Virus record (IMG/VR): IMGVR_UViG_3300022602_000024 | Span: 1 to 64,000 of that record | DNA length: 64,000 bases | Strand: one strand, 5' to 3' | Shown here: positions 49,801 through 58,800 of the stretch, piece by piece | Numbering within the stretch: position 1 is the stretch's first letter | Layout of the letters: the number at the start of each line of letters is the position of its first letter | The notes under the pieces: generated by a model | The model's database searches: none | Told to the model about the DNA's origin: nothing | Seen by the model: the letters and a program-made list of their open reading frames with translations, nothing else | Position numbers and translations under genes: made by a program

Positions 49801-52275
49801 ATTGATGAATTAAGTTATGTGGATACTGCATTGTTGAGTGCAGGTTCTGCGGTGCTAGTGCTTGACGATAGTACACAATCAAGCAAATGGGCGATTTATA
49901 CACTAGGAACCACGGGGGGAACCTTCCCAACAACACCAACTCGAGTTCAAAGTTATAAAACTAACTTGTATTGGACTCGTGCTGACTGGTACGATTCAAG
50001 TTACAATCCGACTTCAACACCAAACATAATTGTAGCCAACAAGTTAGAGTATGGTAAACTGACCTTAACTGCAAACACTTACGTTAAAGTATTGGATGAT
50101 GGCACAGGAAACTTTATTGTTTATTACATTGATAATAACTTAAAACAAACACTGGTAGGTATTCAAAATGGTACAATACAAATCAATACTACCACGATTC
50201 CTGCACTTGAATTAAGACAAATATTGTTGGCCATGCAAGAAAATATTTTTGTTGATGACCTTGCAATAGAATATAATCAAATATTCTTTGCAATGATCAA
50301 ATACATATTAACAGAACAAAAAAATCTTGATTGGGTATTTAAGACCAGTTTCTTGAGTATTACGCAAAGTATTCGCAAGTTGGAAGAATTTCCAAGTTAT
50401 GTTCCTGACAACCAAAACTTCTATTTGGATTACATCAATGAAGTTAAACCTTATCGTACAGAAATTCGTGAATTTGTTGCTGACTATGTTGGTAACGATA
50501 CCTACGGCAGTGACATTACCGATTTTGACTTAACACCATATTGGGACACCAACTTAAACATATATCGTAGCCCCAATGGCGAACAAGTTTATGACTCTGT
50601 GTTACAAGCCACTGGAGAAAACAGTCAGTGGAACAACAGTCACAAATATCAAGTCACTGGTGCAGTGATTGAAAATTCAGGATCTGGTTATATAATCCCT
50701 CCACAGGTAGTTATATCTGGCGGTGGTGGCACTGGTGCCACCGGCTACGCAGTGCTAAATGAATCTGGCGGTGTTGCTGCAATTTCTATAACTAACCCAG
50801 GATCCGGATATACAACAACTCCCTCTATACAGATCAATGGCGGAACTAATACCGCTACTGCTTATGCAATACTAAGAAATATTTACAACAGTGATACTGG
50901 TGTTGGTCACAATCTTGTGCGAAGCATCAGTACCACAATGAAGTTTGACCGTATTAGTTATACTACGTCAAATACATTTGTGTACTGGGATACAGTAATT
51001 GCTGGACAATATATTACCGCTAATACAGTAATATCATTGAATGAAATGTTGTATAAAACAAAGGATAATATCATCATTGATGCCAACGTTACGTTCCCTG
51101 TAGCAAACGTTACAAGTATTGCTGCTGGGTCATTCGACAATGCAGCAGATCGCATTACTGCATTTAACCAAAATGCAGATCTTGGATTATACTTGGGCGG
51201 TATCAACTACCCAGGGGTAAAAGTTGATGGTAATACGTATCTTGGAACTACGTATGATACAAAGATTCAAAGTTTCTATGGAAATGTCTTGGGAGTTGAT
51301 CCTAACGACATTGTAGTTGACGGTGGAGCATATTACGATACCTACAATAGTCATGCCCCAGAAGAAATGATTCCAGGTCGTTTGTACGACAGCTTGAATA
51401 TCAGTGTATACACTGGTATTGCTGGCAACACAAGCACCATTGGATACAGAATAACACACGGTATGACTACAGATCCCACTACTGGTTATGTGCTAAATCC
51501 TTCATTTTTGACCTTCAACGCCAATGCCGCGTTAATCGGCGGAAATGGGTGGGACTATTATGCACTTGGACGTTACGGAAATGTTAACTATCAAAACTGG
51601 CCACAATACTATGCTATTTTTGCTGGTAATACCTCAACCCTAACTTCTGATTTACACCAGACTGATACATATATTCATGTGAGCAATGCGCAGGCATTTG
51701 CTAATCCTAACCCTGAATTGGCAATACCTGGCGTAGTTTATATCAATGGTGAAAAGATTGTATTCTACAAAAACTACAGTCAAGAACCAGTTACTCCATG
51801 GGCAGCTAATTTGATTGTGCCCGCAGGAACTTTGGTGTCCTATGGAAATTTGGCAAATATTCAATTAACCACAGGCAACGTACAATCAAATGTGTATTTG
51901 ACCACTGGTAATGTATTTGCACGTTATTTTGCCAACATCACTGCAAACTTGACATTGATTGATATTAATTCTCTGGGACAAATACGCAGAGGCGTAGATG
52001 GTACTGCAACACCTACAGTACAGGTTGATGGTAGCAACGTAGTAGAAAGCGATATTATGCAACTAATACCTGGTGGCAATGTAGTGCACTTAACTAGCTG
52101 GATTGAAACAGAGACTGCGTTTGCGGCAAACATTACTGATCAAAACGGCAATTATATTGCTACAGATCCATCAGGAACAGTGATTCTCAATACTGGATTA
52201 ACCGTTGGACTGCCGGCTCCTGCATTAGAATACAGTTTAACTCCGCAAGCACAGTTCATCAAAGGGCAAGGTTAA
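40870..52275 (+). CDS. Giant baseplate wedge/virion protein (3801 aa, gp7-like position) with FG-GAP-type propeller
   Basis: Uninterrupted ORF after gp6. About six FG-GAP-like repeats at ~47610-48720, a GSGY..PP.V.ISGGGG module and EVKPYRT.IRE. Confidence 0.75.
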   Translation: MALFNTINFLPSVFQTVTNQRFLGATLDQLVTDAVNVPTDGYIGRTFAPTYQAGDNYIPELNELRKNYQLEASVVVTDKNNNIEFNAGFIDLLNSLYSNGGIVNNQQRLFAGDKYNYDGHFDYDKFVNYYNYYWLPNGPLDANGNPTSVAVSAAGTPYSAIYTVTRNTALGGYVFSGLGTQPNLPLTLARSGTYQFVINQPGINFWIQSDSGIAGTKSNLPSVSTRSVFGVKNNGTDSGTITFTVPSSSSQDFYANMPVVANVDAAVNNLKYKDIQGQLLSTFLANNGSGIDGINNSLSGKKFIFVYEITTDADWTVNGVTIPAAQRNSVWQITVNNTNGIMSLNPVQTVTPLTKVSITSGKTYASVQFWLNNNFQYLTIPNITAAQEFLYYQDSLNPDFNGVIKLVDNSSAVIDVEAEIIGKTGYVSPNGVLFTNGLKIQFDATVTSATYAGNQYYVEGVGTGMTLVPVSELVSPIPVGAFGIDTNEEADYITINRASQDRNPWSVGNHWFHKDVIEATAKYNNEQVTIASYGPNIAGRRPIIEFEPNLQLFNYGKQAGNKITYITFEATDAFADIEGQRTYTLDGHVLKNGDRIVFANDYDITIVNEIWEVQIQEVSAGIQYLTLVETTDDPVLPGQNFLVTSGLHAGKIYQYNGTWNSIPCQIKYTLNQPPLFDLVDSNGYSFADTTVYPGSTFAGTQFFGYNVPTVSAGSFIVGSTYTITSVGTTDFTAIGASANQYGITFTATGVGTGTGMACSVSLADTLLGFPLTYQNFNNIGDIQFSNYYDTDTFTYVENQSVVAVNCNSGYLNKNSGLTTSTKLNNWVSSIEVTEQFQTFTNFFNGRTLPLNGVETAYVPIDVLPVTQKTIPHIKVYLNNNLLMGPGTATNPQDYQISQFGIYNAITLTTLPTVGDKIDVKIFSNTASSLGYYEVPDNLDFNALNENFETITLGQIRTHYNTLIENKAVGTTTTPPLQDSYLKQQGGTILKHDSPLVYAMTFLADPTVNFENGINLARREYTKFKNKFLNLSTTLSTLNYSDVAGSVDKILQNINGIKNSSFPWYYSDMVPQGSNYFTITYNVVNARQTQYEISSIFNNTVISNRSVLIYVNGVQKTVGADYNFSLVSPSVTFTNTLTVGDVIVIREYSSTDGNYIPETPSKLGLYPSTPPEIYVDNTYQTPTTVIRGHDGSLTPAFGDFRDQFLLELELRIYNNIKSNYANNQIDLSAITPGRFRTTDYSLAEYNQVLAQHFLTWVGSNSVDYTSNSGYSPNNPWTWNYGEFPDIVDGTYLQGFWRAIYKYWYDTDTPNLTPWEMLGFSSRPSWWTKRYGPAPYTSGNTLLWEDMEAGYVWNNGTPYTNTNYARPGLTTLNGRGFVPVDSAGNLLTPTQIPVFKQYNYSGASSNFSVGQQGPVETAWRRSSDYPFAVQNTLALLYPAKYFATQLDTSRFYKNSATGQFTDSSNRAIAPKLLTVNGATVNGTVQRTSGYINWIADGIKNLGMDPAALITEYFTNLSVQLNYKVGGFIDQNLITISAEQTTPGSTNASVIIPDTNYKVYLSKSVPVSSLIYSAVIIELTSLGYSVKGYDTNNPFFSIIPSIASGNVIPVTANNITVQLYQDKTNTVQTVPYGTTFTSIQQTADFLYSYERYLISQGLVFNTFNPDLNIEQNWTLSIQEFMYWAQQGWAPGNVIILNPISTQLELNVPGAVIDEINNTSNGNRILDENFNPIKSNFFNIIRTDGPDGNRSLISTINGSTIAYAHLSLVQYEHVLVFDNVDAFGDIIYIPSQGTRQYRLKLNGTKTGAWNGALSAPGYIYSNPNLKTWSTGTDYKLGDIVIYNNRYYTASQDIPAATTFNLSLWTPINQSDIQTGLLSNFALNAEEFVNFYDVDNPPQNKIYQEYASGLIGFRQRQYLTDLGVSLPTQTKFYQGFIKQKGTNNAINALTKANFNNVQGNLNVYEEWAFLAGVYGGVNSNQFKEFVLDQAVFNTNPVAFTIGDTYSTANAIIDFTLANIYNASNLYTTSTSVYTNRTNTSYIEDLPTTGYMNLQDIDYTIFDIANINPTTENITNLGAGSKIWVAKNFSGQWDILRATETNLTATVLSYVLDNYAQLTFNNAHNFNTGDVFILKYFNNSYDGIYTIVNVPNLTTVVIAINDITTGSALNSLSPLKNLMRVSHVNGTGTVYRLTSAHVSTVTDLVNLPVPPNGWLDNDHVWVDNASSDGWATYTYNKTWQANSSIRITANSAVNNSYFGHVTRISTDTNTIYVGSPGTRQVQLFANVTGTYTATTTLSNVDSSFGTAIETQGNLLAVGAPVSSNVHVYLGTTPIQTLHSTDAMELFGSSISMSADQHWLYVGAPESGNVKAFWTATVGTNTNYCYIATIGTTTGNFGQTVKTNRDGSIVIVGAPAANTTKTQNGNVYVYTRTANTFVLSQTLTSQHQNNYANFGTSVDIDSTATNLFIGVPGSTAAGYANGQVERYVLTGSTYVFDEIIAHPFGDIGTFGSAVSVSSDANILAVGSVGSPSQETTTFDYTTMTIDADTTKLVDRIFNSGATYLFQLLQDYLTGTDGEYLYTQELESQLYSGEEYGASVAATRGVIAIGAPGYNKNQGTAYILTNKTQQLNWSVTRKQSPAVDINSINRTFIYNKTNNNIITTLDFIDPIKGKILNAVDRDINYKLTKDPALYNKGSTSMVENLSWGPEQVGIVWWDLSTVRYINYEQDTLTYRLTNWGTVFPGSSVDVYQWVESTVPPSQYTANGGIGIPLHADNSAYSTYGYVNPANGVLTVKYYFWVRDLTLIAKGKNNSVYAIAESIRNPHSQGIPYATVLRDDTVALYNVDTLLSGSNSVIQLGSQNPGETKETNLIHSEYALVQEGNPSSKIPNSILIKLIDSLSGVDRAGNVVPDPALIPSQAYGVSIRPRQSMIINQPLALSNYLSLVNPLLLAYPVVERKVLTILNSSEAAPNADSGAYQITVNNIDELSYVDTALLSAGSAVLVLDDSTQSSKWAIYTLGTTGGTFPTTPTRVQSYKTNLYWTRADWYDSSYNPTSTPNIIVANKLEYGKLTLTANTYVKVLDDGTGNFIVYYIDNNLKQTLVGIQNGTIQINTTTIPALELRQILLAMQENIFVDDLAIEYNQIFFAMIKYILTEQKNLDWVFKTSFLSITQSIRKLEEFPSYVPDNQNFYLDYINEVKPYRTEIREFVADYVGNDTYGSDITDFDLTPYWDTNLNIYRSPNGEQVYDSVLQATGENSQWNNSHKYQVTGAVIENSGSGYIIPPQVVISGGGGTGATGYAVLNESGGVAAISITNPGSGYTTTPSIQINGGTNTATAYAILRNIYNSDTGVGHNLVRSISTTMKFDRISYTTSNTFVYWDTVIAGQYITANTVISLNEMLYKTKDNIIIDANVTFPVANVTSIAAGSFDNAADRITAFNQNADLGLYLGGINYPGVKVDGNTYLGTTYDTKIQSFYGNVLGVDPNDIVVDGGAYYDTYNSHAPEEMIPGRLYDSLNISVYTGIAGNTSTIGYRITHGMTTDPTTGYVLNPSFLTFNANAALIGGNGWDYYALGRYGNVNYQNWPQYYAIFAGNTSTLTSDLHQTDTYIHVSNAQAFANPNPELAIPGVVYINGEKIVFYKNYSQEPVTPWAANLIVPAGTLVSYGNLANIQLTTGNVQSNVYLTTGNVFARYFANITANLTLIDINSLGQIRRGVDGTATPTVQVDGSNVVESDIMQLIPGGNVVHLTSWIETETAFAANITDQNGNYIATDPSGTVILNTGLTVGLPAPALEYSLTPQAQFIKGQG

Positions 52276-52314
52276 TATGCTGAATAAATATAGTATTAAA
52301 GGTATAGAACTACT

Positions 52315-53529
52315 ATGAGCATTACTACAACAACAATTAACCAACTGCCCGCTGGCATACTGACGGATAATATGGTATTCCCTGCGGAAGCAAATATCAT
52401 AGTAGGAAATGCAACAGTTAGTATTACTGCACAAGCACTTAAAAGTTATGTAGCGGCCAATATTACCCCAATAACAGTATATGCCACTACAGGCACAGCC
52501 CCGTTTGTAATCTCTAGTACTACATTAGTTCCTAACTTGTATGTTGCTCGTGCAAATGTAGCAGATACAACCACAAATGGACTAACAATAAACACTACGT
52601 TTACTGGCACAGGCGATTTAAGTATAACCGGAAACTATACTACATTAACCACAACACTGGCTGCGGTTAACTCTACTGTTGGTACATTTGGCGGTCGATT
52701 ATCTAACTCTTTTGTTATTCCTCAGGTTGTAGTTAACAGCAAAGGTCTGGTAACTGGTGTAGCTAATGTGTTTATTACAACACCGCAACTCCAAGGATTA
52801 ACCACTTCTGCAGACATAACGCCTATTGTAGGATCCAATGCTGCAGTTAACTTAGGTAGTTCAACACTATGGTTTAACAACGCTTATGTTAATAACCTAA
52901 TAGGAGCTGCTAGTAATCTAACATTAACTGGGATTACATCAACTGGTACGTTAATACCATCTGCAAACTTAACTTACAATCTAGGCAGTACAGCCAATTG
53001 GTACAACACTTTATATGTCAACAGTATTACTTCTGCATCATCGGGCGGTGGACTGACTGTTACTGGAAGTATTATTCCTACTGCTAATGCTAGTTACAAT
53101 TTGGGAAGTACTACTGCTTGGTGGAATACAGTTTATGGTACAGCAGTTCATGCACTATACGCTGACTTGGCAGAGAACTACGAAAGTGATGTAGAATATC
53201 CTCCAGGTACAGTTGTGGTATTTGGTGATGAGACCGAAGTTACTATCAGTACAGGACCAAACGACCGTCGTGTAGCTGGTGTGGTATCAACTGCTCCTGC
53301 TTATTTGATGAATAAATCACAAAAAGGTGTAAGCGTAGCATTGCAAGGCCGTGTACCGTGTCAAGTTATAGGCAATATCCGTCGAGGCGACATGTTGGTA
53401 ACTAGCCAATTTCCCGGAGTAGCCATGGTCAATAATGATCCCCGTCCAGGAACAGTGATAGGTAAAGCATTAGAAAATTATAGCGAACCAGCAGTAGGAG
53501 TTATTGAAGTAGTGGTAGGACGTTTATAA
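52315..53529 (+). CDS. Tail fibre with C-terminal intramolecular-chaperone (peptidase G2-like) domain
   Basis: ALYADLAENY....Y.PGTVV.FG...GVVST.PAY.MN...VAL.GRVP...G..IGKAL motif; TAAATA at 52285. Confidence 0.75.
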   Translation: MSITTTTINQLPAGILTDNMVFPAEANIIVGNATVSITAQALKSYVAANITPITVYATTGTAPFVISSTTLVPNLYVARANVADTTTNGLTINTTFTGTGDLSITGNYTTLTTTLAAVNSTVGTFGGRLSNSFVIPQVVVNSKGLVTGVANVFITTPQLQGLTTSADITPIVGSNAAVNLGSSTLWFNNAYVNNLIGAASNLTLTGITSTGTLIPSANLTYNLGSTANWYNTLYVNSITSASSGGGLTVTGSIIPTANASYNLGSTTAWWNTVYGTAVHALYADLAENYESDVEYPPGTVVVFGDETEVTISTGPNDRRVAGVVSTAPAYLMNKSQKGVSVALQGRVPCQVIGNIRRGDMLVTSQFPGVAMVNNDPRPGTVIGKALENYSEPAVGVIEVVVGRL

Positions 53530-53555
53530 TCGCCACGGAAAAATACAATAAATAT

Positions 53556-54254
53556 ATGGATAAGCAACAAAGTACAAACACTATGGATAATAAAACCCAA
53601 CCAACCGCTGAAGTTAAACCTGAAAAAAAGCCTAACGAATCATCGGGCATTTATATTCGCGGACACATTAAAATCTTTGATCCTGAAACCAAGGAAGTTT
53701 ATATTGACAAAGCCAATGCTATCCACTATGAGAATATGAGTATTGCGTTGGCTAACAGTATTGCTGATAAAGGACAAAACTTTATCTATGAAATGAATTT
53801 TGGTAACGGTGGTACCAGTGTTGATCCTACAGGCATTATTACATATCTTCCTACCAACACAGTGGGTCAAAATGCCAACTTGTACAATCCCACTTATAGT
53901 AAGATTGTCGATGATACTGCTATTGCAAATCCAGACCCAGTTAATAACAAAATGACAGTGAGTCATATTCCTGGCACAGTATACACAGATATACTAGTAA
54001 GTTGTTTACTTGATTACGGCGAACCTTCGGGGCAAAGTGCATTTGACAACAGTACCAACTTAAGCGGCCAGTATGTATTTGACGAACTGGGCTTGCGTGG
54101 TCGTAGTACTGATGGCACTAGTGGACTAACAAGTACCGGACTATTGCTAACACACGTGGTATTTCATCCAGTACAAAAAGCATTAAATCGTTTAATTCAA
54201 ATTGATTATACTGTGCGCATTCAAACTTTAACTAATCTAAGTTCAATAGGATAA
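53556..54254 (+). CDS. Conserved virion structural protein (232 aa)
   Basis: NAIHYENMS, FGNGGT, FDELGL and LLTHVVFHPVQK motifs. ATG 53583 is a possible alternative start. Confidence 0.65.
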   Translation: MDKQQSTNTMDNKTQPTAEVKPEKKPNESSGIYIRGHIKIFDPETKEVYIDKANAIHYENMSIALANSIADKGQNFIYEMNFGNGGTSVDPTGIITYLPTNTVGQNANLYNPTYSKIVDDTAIANPDPVNNKMTVSHIPGTVYTDILVSCLLDYGEPSGQSAFDNSTNLSGQYVFDELGLRGRSTDGTSGLTSTGLLLTHVVFHPVQKALNRLIQIDYTVRIQTLTNLSSIG

Positions 54255-54258
54255 TTAA

Positions 54259-55878
54259 ATGAGTTATACCATATCATTAACAGACGGCACGGTACTAAAC
54301 ACACCACTTATGCCTGCAGGTACTCTTGCAGACGGAACCACAGACAGTACAACAGGTTTAACACTAGTTGGTCGCAACTACACTGGCTACGGTGGTATTC
54401 AAAATGAAAACTTTATAAAGTTGTTGGAAAACTTTGCCGACACTATCCCGCCTACACAGAGTGTTAACGCTACTATTCCATTAGTTGGTACCATATGGTA
54501 TGACACTGGCAATAACTTATTAAAAGTTTTTGATGGCACAAACTTTAATGTGATCAGTGGACGTCAAGCTGGTGCTACTGCTCCTACTGCCAAGAACGTT
54601 GGAGATCAATGGTGGGATACTGTTAACTTACAGTTGAATTCTTGGACTGGCACTGCCTGGCAAGTGATTGGACCAAACTATACTGCTGGACAAGGCCTAA
54701 CAGGATCCGTACCTGGAACTATTGTTGATAGTAATTCAACTGCGCACACGGTTGCAAACACTTATGCTGGCGGCGAACTAATAAGTATTTCAAGTTATGA
54801 TGCAGCTTTTACTCCTGCCACTGCAATTGCTAATTTTCCTGCAACTATTGCTCCTGGTATTACTGTAGCAAATACTTCTACATTTGTTGGCACTGCAACT
54901 AACAGTACAACAGTTGGTGGATTGTCTCCAACTGTATTTGCAAGAAAAGATATTCCTACAACTTTTGCTAGTGATATTACAGTAACTGGCAATTTAGTTA
55001 ATAACGGAGCAAACATATCTGTTGTTAATAACTCATTCAGATTACATAATCACAATATCCAGGGCAATATTGAACTTCGGGTTACGGCTGATTCGGGCTT
55101 CCCTCTCGGCTCAATTACTGCACTAAAAATCAATGGTGCAGATGGCACTGCTCAAGTGTATGCAGATCCTACTACTCCCACTGGCATTGCTACTAAAAAC
55201 TACGTTGACGCAGTTAGTTCTAGTGTTAACAACACAGTATCTGCTATTACCTCAGAGATAAATGCTAATGTATCGGCAATACAAGCAGATTATCTTGCTA
55301 ACATATCAGTGGTGACTAACCAATTGATATCTCAAATTACCGCAGTGGAAAATGCTGCAGTAGCTAATATCACTGCGGTAGCGTCGGCTTTGGTGTCAAA
55401 TGTTACATTGATAGTTGCTAATCTAGCAACAACTGCATCTAATATTAATGCATTAAATGGCGGATTAAATACCAAAGCACCAATAGCAAGTCCGACATTT
55501 ACTGGAACTCCGGCAGCTCCAACACCATCACCAAACAACAATAGCACAACTATTGCTACAACTGCATATGTAGATGCTTCGGCTGGTGTTTTGGCAGCTG
55601 ATTATAATAGCAAATTTACCAGCGAAGTGTCAGCAAGAAACGCTGCAATTACAGCTGCCACAGGATCATTTGCACCCAAGGCAAATCCGACATTTACTGG
55701 CACGGTCAGTGCACCAACTCCGTCATCGGGTGATAATAGCGGAACAGTTGCTACCACTGCATTTGTACATGCCGCAGTGGGTGGCATTGGTAGTAGCTGG
55801 CAAGGAAGCGGGTATACTGTTGCTGGATCGCCGCCATCGGGTGGCTCCAATGGAGATTTTTGGTTCCAGGTAGGATAA
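54259..55878 (+). CDS. Tail fibre/baseplate-anchored fibre protein (539 aa)
   Basis: N-terminal MSYTI..DGT.D....LTLVG.NY.GYG..NENF..LLENFA anchor, SPTFTG.P.APT repeats and terminal GDFWFQ. Confidence 0.72.
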   Translation: MSYTISLTDGTVLNTPLMPAGTLADGTTDSTTGLTLVGRNYTGYGGIQNENFIKLLENFADTIPPTQSVNATIPLVGTIWYDTGNNLLKVFDGTNFNVISGRQAGATAPTAKNVGDQWWDTVNLQLNSWTGTAWQVIGPNYTAGQGLTGSVPGTIVDSNSTAHTVANTYAGGELISISSYDAAFTPATAIANFPATIAPGITVANTSTFVGTATNSTTVGGLSPTVFARKDIPTTFASDITVTGNLVNNGANISVVNNSFRLHNHNIQGNIELRVTADSGFPLGSITALKINGADGTAQVYADPTTPTGIATKNYVDAVSSSVNNTVSAITSEINANVSAIQADYLANISVVTNQLISQITAVENAAVANITAVASALVSNVTLIVANLATTASNINALNGGLNTKAPIASPTFTGTPAAPTPSPNNNSTTIATTAYVDASAGVLAADYNSKFTSEVSARNAAITAATGSFAPKANPTFTGTVSAPTPSSGDNSGTVATTAFVHAAVGGIGSSWQGSGYTVAGSPPSGGSNGDFWFQVG

Positions 55879-55881
55879 CAC

Positions 55882-58800
55882 ATGGCTGCAGAGAACAGAG
55901 CAATTTGGGTTAATCAGCAAGGCACTTGGAAAAAAGTCACTAACTTTTCTATCAATCAAGGCGGAAACTGGGTCCCAGTGTCTGCGGCTTATTACAACGA
56001 TAACGGAATTTGGAAACAGTTTTATCCCAGTGGCGGCGTAGTAAATGCACTTGGTGCTGGTACATACAGTTGGTTAGTACCACCTGGTGTTACTTCAATC
56101 ACTGTTGACCTAGTAGGTGGTGGCGGTGGTGGTGGCACTGGAGAAGAAGTAGACTCCGGCGGAGCTGGTGGCGGTGGTGGCTCTGGTGGATATCAAAGCG
56201 GAGTCACATTTCCTACAGTACCTGGCGAAACTCTAACAATTACAGTTGGTGCTGGTGGTGCTGGTGGGTTAACGTCAGGACGTGGGTCCACTGCCGGAGG
56301 TAGTGATGGTGGTACTACTTCCATTACAGGATCACAAGGTACATTAACTGCCACAGGCGGAACAGGTGCCTTGGCAGGTGGAGATTCTGGTGGCGGATCC
56401 AAAAAAAATGCCGGAGTTATTGGAAATTTAGTAAACAGTATTTTTGGTGGAGGAAGTTCTAACCCTCCTCCACCAGGCGTTGGTGGCCTAGGCGGCACTG
56501 GCGGCTATCCTAACGGAGCCAATGGTGTTACAGGCGATGCTGGACAAAGTGATGGCGCATCAGGCAATGGTGGTGCCGGTGGGTCAACTCCATTTGGTGC
56601 AGGCGGACCAGGCGGAATAGGCGGTAAGTCTACTCAATCCACTACTGCATCGACTGCTACAGGTTCGGCTGGATTGGGATATGGATCTGGTGGTGGCGGA
56701 GCAGGATTCCAAAATGCAGTAAATCCATTGGGATGGTCAGGCGGCAATGGACAAGATGGCGGTGTTCAAATACGTTGGAACAACGGACTACTATCAACTT
56801 TCTTGCAACCTGGTGCACCTGCGGCCAGCAATGGTACAATAATACCAAATCAGGCAACATTAACTCCTAGTGTTACAACTGCATCAACATCGGCCAACAA
56901 TCCGACTTATGCTTCGGGTGTTATAGTATCCGTTCCAGGATCCAGTTCCGCATCCTCAACAACAAACTCTGGAGCATCGGTAAATGCAATAACGGTTGCC
57001 ACTGCAAGCGGTACAACATCGGGTACAACATCAGACTCTCTACCTACTCCGGATGTGATAAAACAACTAGCAGATGCAATCAACGGGCTAACACCGTCTC
57101 AAATTGCGGCCTATATGGATAAAAATAAGATACCTCCAATTTCCATATCGCTTGCATCGGGAATAACCGCGCAGGAAGTTCAAGATCAATATAATGCAGT
57201 TGACCCAAACGGCATTTATAGTACTGCCGCTTTTGTATCGTTACCAACAACAATACAAGTTGATCCTCCTAGCGGAAACAGCGGTACTGAATTCACCATA
57301 AGCATATTCAACGGATATCCTAATCAACCATATGGAGTATGGGCAGTAACATCTCCGCCACCAGATTCTTATCAAGCAGCACACCCAGGGCTCACGGAGT
57401 ATCAAATAGAAGGGATTATCTTTAATGATGGAACTGGTCTGATGACTACAGACGCCAAGGGTTACGCAAAAAATATTATATCCGGATATGCCATGACTGG
57501 ATATCAGTATGCAAACTCACTAGATAATGAAACAATCAATGTAAAATTAACACCTTTTGCATCAGGTGGGGCATTTCCTGCTGGCGGATATAATTCGTTT
57601 GCAAAAAGTTCAGTCAGTGTAGCAGTTTTAAACACCTACAATACAACTGAAAGCAATAAGGCTATTTATGCAAAAATATTGGCCGATACGGCAGGCATGA
57701 CACCGTCTCAAATTGCACACTACATGGATACCAATGGTTACTCGGCTTTAACCGTGGCCAGTGCATTAGGACTGTCGGGTTCTGCTGTTCAGGCAGCTTA
57801 TAACGCAGTTGATCCAAATGGTCCTTACAGTACAGCAGAGCAAACCAACCCGACACTAACACTTGATCCACCCACTGGTGATCTATCAACAGTGTTTACT
57901 GCCACTCTCACTAATGGACTGCGTAATTTAACGTACACCTTTGCTGTTATTGATGCAGCTGGAACTTTTATTAATGGGGAAGGAAAATCTGTAGTGCTCG
58001 ATTCGTCTGGCACAGGGTCAACAACGGTCTCTGCCTTACAACTAGCGACTCTGTATGAAGCTCTAAATGTTAATGAGATAATAACAACGTTCAATGGGAT
58101 AACTCTTAATCCAATACATATAGGTGCACAGCAATCATCTAGTAGTACTTTACTTCAGAGTAACCCTGTATACATCACATGCGTCAATGCTCCGGGTAGT
58201 GCACCTGCAAACTCTGGAACCAGTGGGTCAGGTGGCGACGGCGGATATGCGGCATCAGCAGACTTAGCACCAATTCCTTTTGCAAACTATAACCAAACAA
58301 ACGCCTACTGGGACAAAACATCTCGCCAGCTAACTCCTGATCCCAAATGGCGCAATTGGGGCATACTACGATGTGTAACTGGGGTTCCTGTTGATGGGTG
58401 GGGAGCAGATGGCACGCCCGATACCACAGGTACAGTAACATTACCGGTATCGGGCAAAAATGTAGATGTGGTAATACTAGATTTGGGCACTTTTAATCCT
58501 AATCACCCAGAATTTGCAGTAAATCCCAATGGCACTGGCGGTAGTAGAGCAGTCACATTCAACTGGTTTATTTACAACGAATGGCTAAATTTAGGAATTA
58601 ATAGTCAATATTCTGACACCAGTTACAACACTTATGATGCCAATCATGCGGCACATTGTGCTGGTATCGCAGCAGGTAATACTTATGGGTGGGCACGTAG
58701 CGCAAACATATATTCAATAAATTACGCAGTATGTCCAGGAGGCAACAGTGCCACTGGATTTGCCAATGCATTTGATTATGTTAGAGCTTTCCATGTCAAC

